DNA of 61,836 nucleotides, filler included, from Circinaria calcarea (Eukaryota), in assembly GCA_051942165.1 (NCBI GenBank). It is 7 parts of 7 records of this genome, joined end to end, with 100 filler letters (N's around TTAATTAATTAA, not from the genome) between each part and the next. Parts side by side here need not be neighbours in the genome. Positions count along the whole stretch, not along the records: positions 1 to 8,769 come from JAVECS010001052.1; positions 8,870 to 17,632 come from JAVECS010001053.1; 5 more parts are not named here. One strand, given 5' to 3'. A program made the position numbers and the translations under genes. Under the pieces are notes generated by a model. That model searched no databases and was not told the DNA's origin. It saw only the letters and a list, made by a program, of their open reading frames with translations. This document shows positions 1 through 10,021 of this stretch, piece after piece (the stretch's first letter is position 1; every line of letters begins with the position of its first letter).

Positions 1-855
1 CACGCTGTGCCGACCGAGACGGAACCCGAGCCTCGTATCATAGAGAAGTGTGGCTCCTCTACCAGCCTAGTGACTCAATACGTCAAGTCCGCATGGGAGA
101 GCCTCTCTAGTGCTGCTCTGTCTTCTGGCGCTGGTCATGCACAAGGCGATTCTCAGATCAACGACAGCACTTTTAGCCAGGGATGGGACGCGCAAGTTGC
201 AAAGATGGCAATCGGCAGTATTCTTGTGGACACTGCTAATCTAACAGCAGAAGGCAAGGTGGAAAAACCTGACAAGGAAGCTGTAGCGTATTTAGAATCG
301 AAGATTCGATTGTCTCCTAAAGATGGCAAAGCCTGGGATAAGGAGAAATTCTATGAAGAAATCAATCAAGCCAAGGCAGATATCGGAAGTCTGTTGCTAA
401 ACGATATTCTAAGAAAAGACTACAAAGAATGGACCCAGGGAGGTAGGAAGCTAGGTATCAGCTCGGTAGTCAAACCGTTAGATTTCTTGATTAAAAAGGC
501 GCAGGATGAGCAATCAAGGAGCAACGACACTTCAGCTTTTACTAAAGCTACAAGCATCTTTGCATCCGATAGAGGTCTCGCAATCTTTGCCATCATGACT
601 ACATCAAACTCTTCAGAAGGAAAGTTTCAGAGAGAGTTATATGTACAAAGCGAGAAGAACGGACGAGAAGCATCGTCCCGTTTCGAGAATACGGCAATTG
701 GGGAACTGGGGCTGGAGCCTTTGCCTAGCAATAATGTCAATCAGCTATCAGAAAAGAGTGATGACATCTCTCGCAGAACGTGGCTCCAGAAGGATATCAG
801 CAAAAGTAGGAAACAAGTCGCACCTTTGTTGAGGAAAGCAATGCAAGATGGTTAA
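1..855 (+). CDS. PPX1: Exopolyphosphatase (DHH/DHHA2 family), 5'-truncated by the contig start
   Basis: Frame is open from base 1. Motifs PRIIEKCGSSTSLV, ILVDTANL, ILRKDYKEW and C-terminal SRKQVAPLLR are typical of fungal Ppx1/prune. Confidence 0.85.
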   Translation, partial: HAVPTETEPEPRIIEKCGSSTSLVTQYVKSAWESLSSAALSSGAGHAQGDSQINDSTFSQGWDAQVAKMAIGSILVDTANLTAEGKVEKPDKEAVAYLESKIRLSPKDGKAWDKEKFYEEINQAKADIGSLLLNDILRKDYKEWTQGGRKLGISSVVKPLDFLIKKAQDEQSRSNDTSAFTKATSIFASDRGLAIFAIMTTSNSSEGKFQRELYVQSEKNGREASSRFENTAIGELGLEPLPSNNVNQLSEKSDDISRRTWLQKDISKSRKQVAPLLRKAMQDG

Positions 856-1562
856 TGACGTTTTCCCAAACCTCATCTCCCTTCATACTGTCACATTATG
901 CGGCTTTAAATCCCCTACTACGTACCTGGCATCCACTATTCTCTGATTTCATCCATCCACAAGAACATCCTATCCCGTCCATCCCTCATCTACTATCATC
1001 ATCCCTTCCTGATTTCTTCCGGGGTGAGAAAGCTATGCGAAACGACGAGAAGGAAAGGCGAAGGGAAGTCCCTGGTTTCTCTTTCATTGGAGAGAGAGTA
1101 TCCATCCAGAATTACCCTGCCAAATCCATGGACCTCCGAGCCTGCCTCCTCTTGACCAATCGAAGTCTCTAACACGATCATCCACGTCACTCAATGGTAG
1201 ACTCGCTGGGGCAAAGGACGCCAAGGAGGTTCCCTGGGAAATTCTGGCGTTATTCCTTGTAGACTGACCGAGAATAGATGGGCCGGGACTCGCAAGGGAA
1301 AACGCCTTTTGTTACCTTGCCCCCCTCCTCTCCCACTCTCTCTTTCTCGAAAAACAAACAATGTTCTTCGTCCAACCCCATCTCCTCATCTTGTTGCCTT
1401 GTCGGCGTTTGGGATTGGAGAAGAGAAGTGGGGAAATGGGGGAAAGGGAATAGCGGTTTTGCGGAGATCGGCTGGGGATCCAGATCCATCTCTTTCCTCC
1501 CAGCCCTTCACCCGAAAGGAAAAAGAAATCTCCCATATCGTCATTTGGCGGCGCCTTTTCCT

Positions 1563-1784
1563 GTCCAGAATCCCAGATAGCCGAGCACAGCCTGGCACCC
1601 CCGGCCGGGGGCGTAAAAAGTGTGGGGGATTCGAGCCAAACCGTTACACGGAGTCTGCTGGGGATGCAGATCTAACTTCCTTTCTCCCGCACTCCACCCC
1701 TCCCCCCTAGAAAAGAAGTTTTCATGCGATTCAGGATCTCAGATAGTCGAGCCCAGCCCGGGACCCCTGGCCGGGCGCATAAAA
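1563..1784. repeat. Imperfect direct repeat of about 55 bp (about 1563-1618 and 1729-1784)
   Basis: cagatagccgagcacagcctggcacccccggccggggg versus cagatagtcgagcccagcccgggacccctggccgggcg. Confidence 0.5.
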
Positions 1785-2078
1785 CCAATAGCGAATACGG
1801 GCCACCCGTCGGGGATTATCCTATTCTATGGCGTCTGACGTGGAAGGCCAGGGAAGTGGGGCGGAAGAAAGAACTTGGAACTGAAACTGGACTGAGCGGA
1901 GCACGGTAGAAATCCAGATTATTGGATGCGCAGTCGATGATCATTACGCCAGGTACCAGAAAAACAACGTGGTGCACCACCACACTTGGGTACACGTCCG
2001 TCGAGGTCCGATGTCGGCTTGAGTTATTTATCGAGACCGATGACTGCCTTTCGGTGTTAGTTACCCTTTGTTCGCAAA

Positions 2079-2085
2079 TATAAAA
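2079..2085 (+). promoter_or_regulatory. Putative TATA box of the small secreted protein gene
   Basis: TATAAAA about 145 bp upstream of the ATG at 2225. Confidence 0.4.
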
Positions 2086-2224
2086 GACGTTGGTCGCCGT
2101 TAGTTCTTCTATTCTTTAGGTCCACTGCAAACAAAACCGCCCACTGACGTCATAAAATCCAAACCCCTGCCAAATCTTCTATACTCCAAAACCTCGGAAA
2201 GCCTTTCTCCTTCACAAACCAAGA

Positions 2225-2650
2225 ATGCATTTCTCCAACATCGCTACCCTCCTCCTCGCCGGCGCTGCCAGTGTCGCTGCCGCGCCTGTACTGGACTCGC
2301 GCGCTACCGGCATCAAAGTCTTCCTCTCCAACTTGGGCTACGTTTACGGCTTCCCGGCTGGGTCCGATCCGTCCAAGCAATACATATGCTCGACCGCTGC
2401 TTTTGTAAGTCTTGTTTCGTTTCGTTCCCTTCCTGGTTACTCAATGTGGACACAACACTCCCCCCCCCCTCCTGCCCATTCTTCTTCCCCAAACACAAAC
2501 CCCAACTCCAAACAGTAAAGACAAGAGGGGGGGAAGTTTTGATGCAGTGATTGACTCATTCCCTGTGTGAATTTTTAGAATCTGCTAGACTGCCGCAATG
2601 TGGCTACGGGCTCGCAAGTCTTCGTTCCCACGAGCATTATCAAGAGTTGA
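2225..2650 (+). CDS. Small secreted protein, 83 aa, 2 exons (2225-2404, 2579-2650)
   Basis: Signal peptide MHFSNIATLLLAGAASVAA, then propeptide APVLDSR. Intron GTAAGT(2405)..TTGAC..TAG(2578). Exon 2 reads NLLDCRNVATGSQVFVPTSIIKS* in frame. Confidence 0.7.
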
Positions 2651-4366
2651 TTGGCGTCTCGTCAAACGGTAACGATCTCTATGGGGGGACTGGGATGATT
2701 AGGCCGAGGGGGTTTGTTTGGGTTTGGAAATTGAAATGAAAAGTTTGGAGTACATGGGTGAGGGGGGGCGGAAGTAGAGGTGAAAAGTGGTATTGTAGAA
2801 TAGGATCAACGAACATACAATGACAGTTGGAGACGTGGAAAGTTAGAGTAGCTCAAACCAACTATGATAAGCTGCAAGGAACGTGAAAAGTAGAGACGTG
2901 CATTCCCGTATTTGGGCATTCGCTATATTTCGTTTTTCTGTGACTTGTGGGAAAAGATATAAAGCAAGGTCAGTCGGTAGACATTCTCTAAAAAAAAATC
3001 AATTCTGATTTAACCCTTTTTCATACCCCTCGTGATCCTGCTGTTGGCAAGTTCACCCAAACCCCCTCCGCTTCAAAAAACAACAACAAAAATTCTTATT
3101 CTACCTGTACAGTAGTTTACGGAATTACCGGTTTCTGAATGGAGGGCACATACATGACAACGACACTACCCTAACCAGCAGACCAAGACCGAAAAGGGTC
3201 CCCCCCTGGTCTGTCGCGGACATTGTAGAGATGGTCTGACTAGCTATAGTAGAGCATTGGCTGTAAGTGTCGCTTTCGCCGCTTTTGGCAGACGGGTGAT
3301 TGTTGCGGGATTATACAGCGGTTGGTGCAGGATCGTTACTGTTGTAGGATCATTTATTGTTGCAGGATCAATGACGACTATTGAACCGAATGGGGGCGGG
3401 GGCCGGTAATAAACTTTTGATTTTGGCTCTGTTGAGTTTTTTTAGGCCAATGGGGCTATCTAACCTATACTCTGTACGGAGTAGTTAGATTTTTGGTAAT
3501 GATGCCCCTGGCGGGAAGGGGGAGCTAATCTGGGAGTGGTTAATGGGTGTGATCCCTGGCGGCTGGCAGTTACGGGGAGGGGTAGGAAATTGCAATAAAA
3601 TAAACATTTAAAAGGGCGCGCCGATTTAAGAAAACCGAAAAGTATACGATGAAGACAATCCACGCGTTCGCTCTCTCTCTCCTTTTTTGGGAATTTCGAA
3701 AGTAGAGTGGAAATTTTTCGGAGTTGACGTGTTCTATAGTATCTATGTCATCCAAACAAGTTGATCTAGGGGCTGGCTGGCTTTCTTTGAAGGAATGTGG
3801 CGGTGGCAGGGTATTCGGATTCGGAATTTGGGTTGGCCGTTGGCTGTTGGTGGAAATTTGGGCGAGTCCTCCCCTCGCCCTCCACACTAGGATTTCGCAC
3901 CGTCATACTCCTACGCGATTGATGGAAAATAAGGGGGTTAAATAAAATTATACCCACCGCAGATCGCTGTTATTAGCAAGTAATATTTTGGTCAAACTAT
4001 ACAGTGTGAGACTAGCCCTATCGGCGGGCGGGATTAGGTGAAAATGCCCACCAAACTTGGGTGGCCCATTGTAAAAGACTTAATACGAACTGGATCGTAA
4101 GCACCAAGCCAAGCCGGTTCTAACACCCTACACTATCAGCAGTTCTGGCATCAAATACAGCGTTGATTGGCCGCTTTGCCCCTCGGCTTAGGTTGCGTGG
4201 GAATACCAAAGTGCTTTGCTCAGCCGCAAACGCCATCACTTGGCCGCACCTAAAAGGTTATGCCTCGCGAGCAATTATTGGGATTATGGCAATATACTAC
4301 CATTCAAGATACAAACACACTTAATGGCCCCGATGTTTTCATTTATATATACCGATAGCAAGAATA

Positions 4367-5783
4367 TTGCATCTCTCGACTTTCTGGCACCGTAATGGTT
4401 TTCATTCGATTTGGGAAAGATGGAGCTTGGCCAAGGCCTACACCTCCAGCATGACTAACTATGGGTGTGGGTGCGCATTTTTCCAACCTGTGCCGATAGA
4501 AGTAATGAGAGCTCCCTGCGTGGGCTACTTTGATCACGATGGCAAGTGGTACCTAATCACAAGCCTCGTGGGCCAGCCCGAGGATCCGAAGTGGAAGAAA
4601 AGCGAGTATACATATCTCCAGCAGGAGCCCAAGCGCCAACCAGTAGCGATTCGTGAGTGGGGTCCAATACTTTCGTCTGATGTGTATGATATTGCATTAG
4701 GGTTCGGGCTGCTACACCGTAAACTTGACTTTGGGAGACCCCAAGTATTTTTAAAAGATCTTGCTAACCCTGACTTTTTTAGTAAAGGGACCTTTCGGCG
4801 GCAAGAATCCCAGCACAATTCTCGATCGACATTATGTACGGCACAGCTTCTAACTTTGAAGCTATTCTTATTACTACTCCTCCCATTATTCACAAAAATT
4901 TCAATAACGGATACAGCAAGCAATATAAGAACTGGATGAAGGAGAATTTTAACACTCTATATTCGAATGGAAAAAAAGAGCTCGAACGTTATGGCTTATG
5001 GGCCATTACGGAAACTTACTCGACCACCGCTTGCCCGATCCAGACCTAGACGGGCAAAAGGCGAGCAATCAAGTTGGACCTAAAATCAAATGCTATGATG
5101 GCTGGCGAGCTCGGTCCATCGTTCGAGTGGTCAAAAGATCAAAACCGCGATGCTCTCGGCCTCTACACGAACGAGGACTACGGAAGCAGAATTGTGGCCT
5201 TTTGGTCGGGATTAAGGTACGTGTTTAAACCGTGGAAGAGTATCAAGTATTAGGTTTGTAAGCTAAAGCTGTTCAAGATGACTTTAAATACTAATGGAGC
5301 TTATGGCCTCATGCCAGTTTTAAACGTCGAGAACGGTATTTCAGGTTAGCGGAAGAATCATCATCCGATATTATCTCGACCAAAAACGGCACGGACTACG
5401 AAGTCAGCTGGTCCTCTATCCTGGATGAGGTGTACACCACCAGCGATGATAATACTACTGCGGCTCCTAAGGCCTCTCGAGGCGGCTCCAAAGGAGATCT
5501 CGATATTCCGTCGAGCTCCCTGGCTAATCCATACAGACCGAGCAGTTCAAGCTTACCGGAAACTCGTGTTATATGTGACGGTTGCGAGCAGAAATGGCTT
5601 ATCCCGTACTATCACTACAGTTCGTGTCGCGACTTTGACCTTTGCGGCTCTTGCGTCTCCCAAGGGTGCAAGAGCAACTCACGTCATCAATCTGTTCAGG
5701 TTAAGCGACCAAATAAATTACTTGGCCCGAGTCCAGAAACCGTCTCGGGTAAGTTTGACAGCTTGCTCGAATTTCGAGTCTGA
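4367..5783 (+). pseudogene. Degenerate gene: beta-rich fungal domain (possibly gasdermin-like) plus C-terminal ZZ-type zinc finger
   Basis: Coding-like blocks FFQPV..APCVGYFDHDGKW, EWGP, YGLWAITETYST, MMAGELGPSFEW, IVAFWSGL. In-frame TAG at 5047-5049 and 5251-5253. ZZ motif CDGC..YYHYSSCRDFDLCGSC has one Cys replaced by Tyr. Start and exon boundaries are uncertain. Confidence 0.6.
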
Positions 5784-7107
5784 GTCCCAAGTCCAGCCCC
5801 CAGTAAAATCGGTCATCCCCATTCGCATTTTGCTCGGTAATTTTTCTTTCGGGGATTTTGCGTAGGCGATAGATGAGACGACCAGGCTTCCCTTCGGTTA
5901 TTTCTAGGGCACATTGATTTTCTCACTCACTAAAACATGGATTTTTTTAACGTGGGAGTTAAAAATATCAGTAAGTGAGAGTTTACTTAATTTTGATGAA
6001 TCTGATGGAAGTGCGCTTGCTATGGCTATCTATGGCTTCGAGACTTAACACTTCAAAAATACTGTTCTACTGCGGGCTTTGAAGGCCTTCCAGTCGCTTT
6101 GATAGCCTCGTCCCCACCAGCAAGATGCTTCGCCCCACTTCTCAGCTGGCAGCTGGCAGCTGGTAGCTGGTAGCTGTGTAGCCTTTCAGCGTCTTTACAC
6201 CCTTCCTTACTCTCCTTTCTCAGTCTGCTGCATTCCGGATTTTCCTCAATTAATCTGTTATTTCAGCTTTCGCATGCAGAACCATCCTTCCTCCCTCACC
6301 ACTTACACTATCTCGGCATATAATCGAACACATTAGCTTTCCCCCCCCCCGGCGGCAATCTCCAATCCTTCGGGGAGAAGAAGACCAAAGAAATGCAAAC
6401 CCTTCCCCACGACCTCGAAACGCAGTTCAAAGCTGTAAGCGATAGATAGTTGTAAGTCCTGCACGGGCTATCTATCAAAGGGGAAACCCTCTGCCTCGTC
6501 CCCAAGGACGGGGACGAACCCGTTCGAACCTTCGAGGGGGGCAGGGAAAACGTTTATCCTCCATGTTATTAAAAGGGTCTCTATGATACGGTGACGGGGA
6601 AACTTCCTTCCCCACAAAGCGTTGGAGTGCCGGCTGATCGATTGTGTTCGCTTTTCTTGACGGCGGAATCCCAGGAGAAAAATCCACAATGCAGTGAGAA
6701 GACACCTTTTTCGACCACTTCCCATTCCCGCCTTTTGTGGGAAAGCAGGAGTTTTTGCGTACCTCCTTATTGTTCCCTGCATGTTTTCGTACCTTGGCAT
6801 GAAATTTGCAAGGTAAGAACTCGCTCGGGTTGATGGTATTCATAATTGACACCTTCGTGGAAACGGCTCTCGGATAACTTTGCTGATTCCCGCCTGATCA
6901 TCACTAAAGAGCTTGAAACTCAAAATAATAATTCACAATATAACAAGCAGAATGTCAGTAAATATGAACCAGTGTTAGAGAGATTATAAGATTATGTATT
7001 ATAAAGCGCGACTCTAACAATCTGGCCATAGCTCTCTTCGCCACGTCTCACAAACTGGTGATCGATCCTCAATTAGTGCTATGTGACGAATATTACAGTT
7101 CAAAGAA

Positions 7108-8769
7108 TCATGCTCCAAACGGGGAAGCGTCCCACCCAGGTCCATCGAGTCTCGCAGCAGGATTTACGACCCTTTCTGCTGGCAGCTCACTGGCATCTGG
7201 TTTTAACTCAGGTTTTCGTTGTTCATGATATCTCGAAGGTCTTGAAGTAATAGGCCTTCGTCGTATTTGTTGCACTGTAGACTCGATTGTGTCTTCCAAT
7301 GGGACCGTTTGACTTGGGATTTCCATATTAGCGCTATGCTTGGGGTCGTGATCCTTGCTGTCTGGCGTTATCGCATCAAATTGGGTGTCGACTGCTGGCC
7401 GTGGCGGCAATGGCGGTGGCCTGAGGGGATTATTGGTGAAAGCTGCAGACTTTTCGTTGTCTAGATTTTCTCCCGTTCCGTCATCATCGCTATCACTCTC
7501 GATAGTTAACTCAATTTCCTTGTCCTCGATCTTCTCATCAGTATCGCCATATAAATACATCCCAAACAGTCCCAAGCTCGACTTCCATATCCCTTTGGTC
7601 GAATCATACGAGTTAGTCTTCTCCATCTCGTCTACGGCGACATAAGCAGTCTTCTTTTTCTCGGTGGAGGCGCCATCGGCATGAGAGCCCGTCTCGACAG
7701 GTGTGGCATTGCTCGACGCCCGACTCCTCGATCCAAAGAATGACCTTTTCTTCTTTTGCTTTTTTTCAGAAGAACCACTGTCAGTCTTGTCCAAATCAAT
7801 ATTGGCTCCCATAATCCCTTGCTTCATAGTCCGAAGCTCAATAATCCACTTCCTCGCAGCCAATATATCAGGATGGTTGAAATTGAGCATCTTTTCCCTT
7901 CCTCTCAAAGCCTGCTCTGCCAACTTTAACGCACGACCAAGTTCCCGCTTCGTAGCATGTGCTTCAGAAAGGCGAAGTAGTGCCGTCAGGGTACTTGGAT
8001 GCTCCTCGCCCACAACTTTTTTTAGTCCATCATACGCCTATTGTTGCAGAATCATTGCACCATCTAATTCTGATGCATCCGCCAATGCTAAGGCTGCAGC
8101 GTACGCCGATTGGAATTCGTAGGGTTTTGCGTGGTGTTTGCCGTAAGTCTTCTGAATTCCGTTCCATGCCGTAGACAGAAGCCTTGAAGCTTCTACGTGC
8201 CTACCCTGTATTATTCGGATACTGCTTAGCGCGTTCTGTATGAGAAAGTTGTACTGATGATCTGGTCCAAAAGGGTGCTCTTTTTCGATGCAATCTATCA
8301 AGCTCAAGAAGATCGTCTCAGCTTCCTCCAATTTGTTGTTTACAATGAGCGTGATTGCGAACGTGTATCGCGCTTCGTGTGTGTCGATATGGTTGGGACC
8401 ATAAGTGGCAGTCGTTACCTTCAAGTACTCTCCTGCTGTCTTCTCCGCCTCAACGTATTTCCCTTGCGCGCGCTGAATGAAAACGAGTCGCCGCATGATC
8501 AGCAGGGTTGTCTTGTCAGCCGTGCCAATCAGATGTCTCTGTCCATTCAGGGCGCTTATGATACAAATTTCCGCTTGGTCATATCTTCCTGAAAACTCCA
8601 GAATCGTGGCAAGACGTCTCTGCGAAGGAAACACACTTGGATCATGTGGTCCTAAGAATTTCTCACGTCCGGATAAAGCTTTTCGAGAAGCTTTCTCTGC
8701 CACGGCGAGCGTTCCACGGGTTTGCGCAATAAGGGCGAAAAGATCCAAAGCATCGAAGTACTGCCGGTC
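7108..8769 (-). pseudogene. C-terminal part of a TPR-repeat (kinesin-light-chain-like) protein, probably an NLR-type effector/sensor, with one in-frame stop; 5'-truncated
   Basis: Repeats LGPHDPS, YGPNHIDT, FGPDHQY, YGKHHAK, VGEEHPSTL, LNFNHPDIL. ORFs 8038-8748 and 7108-8013 are in the same frame, separated only by TAG at 8038-8040 (ILQQ*AYDGLKKVVGEEHP). Confidence 0.7.
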
Positions 8770-8869
8770 NNNNNNNNNNNNNNNNNNNNNNNNNNNNNNN
8801 NNNNNNNNNNNNNTTAATTAATTAANNNNNNNNNNNNNNNNNNNNNNNNNNNNNNNNNNNNNNNNNNNN
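8770..8869. other. Artificial contig spacer
   Basis: N44-TTAATTAATTAA-N44 (stops in all six frames). Confidence 0.98.
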
Positions 8870-8892
8870 GGTTAGAGTAATAAGGGGTGGGG

Positions 8893-9207
8893 GGTGGCGT
8901 GGCTGATACGATAGGGTGCGTGGGAGCTCGGAATGGCAAAGATGGGGTGCGTGGCTGATATTCGCCGTCTTTAAGTTCTTCTTCTTATATGCTTATTACT
9001 CTCCAAAATAGCTTAAAGCGTTACTCCTATAGAACCTTTAAGCATCGGAATACAATGGCCGTCGTTGAAAGAGGCGAAATCGGCGGTAACGTGCTGAATT
9101 AATATTGCCAGGGGTGCGGGGAAGTAAATATGAGGGGTGCGAGGGTGATACGGTAGAGTGCGTGGGAGCTCGGAGTGGCATAATTGGGGTTGCGTAGCAG
9201 ATACTCG
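8893..9207. repeat. Imperfect direct repeat of about 70 bp in a TA-rich degenerate region
   Basis: gatacgatagggtgcgtgggagctcggaatggca (about 8905) versus gatacggtagagtgcgtgggagctcggagtggca (about 9147); the differences are transitions. Confidence 0.5.
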
Positions 9208-10021
9208 TTGAATAATCTAAGCCTCGTTCCTGTTATAATGTGGGAAATTAATTGTCTTGATAGGGAAAGAAAGTGGAGAAAGTACTGATGCAATAATAGG
9301 TATGCAGCGTATGCACCAATATCGGATTCCCAAAACAACCCCACCCGAACACGCGCACCAACCCACTACTAATAATAGGGTATAACAATATGTTCCAACA
9401 GTCAGGGACTTAATTGGCTTCATAGCCTGCATTGCAATCAGAGCGAGAATATAAGCACGAAGGTGCTGAGGCTATGTATAGCGGGGTGTTATACCCCGTG
9501 GGTACCGACCGTTGTAAGAAATAGCGTGTTAAATGTGTGTGAAACGGCTGTGGATTTACTTGTGGGGGACTCGCCATATATAGATGAATATCACTAACGC
9601 TAGGCCTGAGAGGTTTATAGAGCGATTTTCTGTTAGAAGTCATAGGGCTTACTGGATCACGTGTTATTTGCAGGAAATACGTAACTTTATGTTCTACACT
9701 CTCCACGCCCCCCAAAAAGCATTTTTGTAGCATAGGTAGTTACTTAGTTACACACACACTTAGGTAGCAATACATACCACCATATATATTGCTGCTCAAC
9801 AAACACTTCCGACATAGCGAGAGTAAACCCGGGTACGATAAGAAAGAACCTCATGTGCTGTGTAAAGATATTAGGAATGGTGACTGTGCGAGAAGATTTT
9901 TACTAGTCCAACTGGGGGAAAAAGGGGCAAAGCGTATATGACTAGCTACCCCAGATACCCTTGCGCCGAACATGATAGACATATGCAGCTCGATTCCACA
10001 GAGAATCCATATAACGATCCA

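Noticed and set aside
855..1910. Cluster of short overlapping ORFs
   Set aside because: Low-complexity composition and no motifs; at most an unrecognisable relic
8814..8825. TTAATTAATTAA recurring every ~8.8 kb
   Set aside because: Assembly linker inside N runs, not a biological repeat
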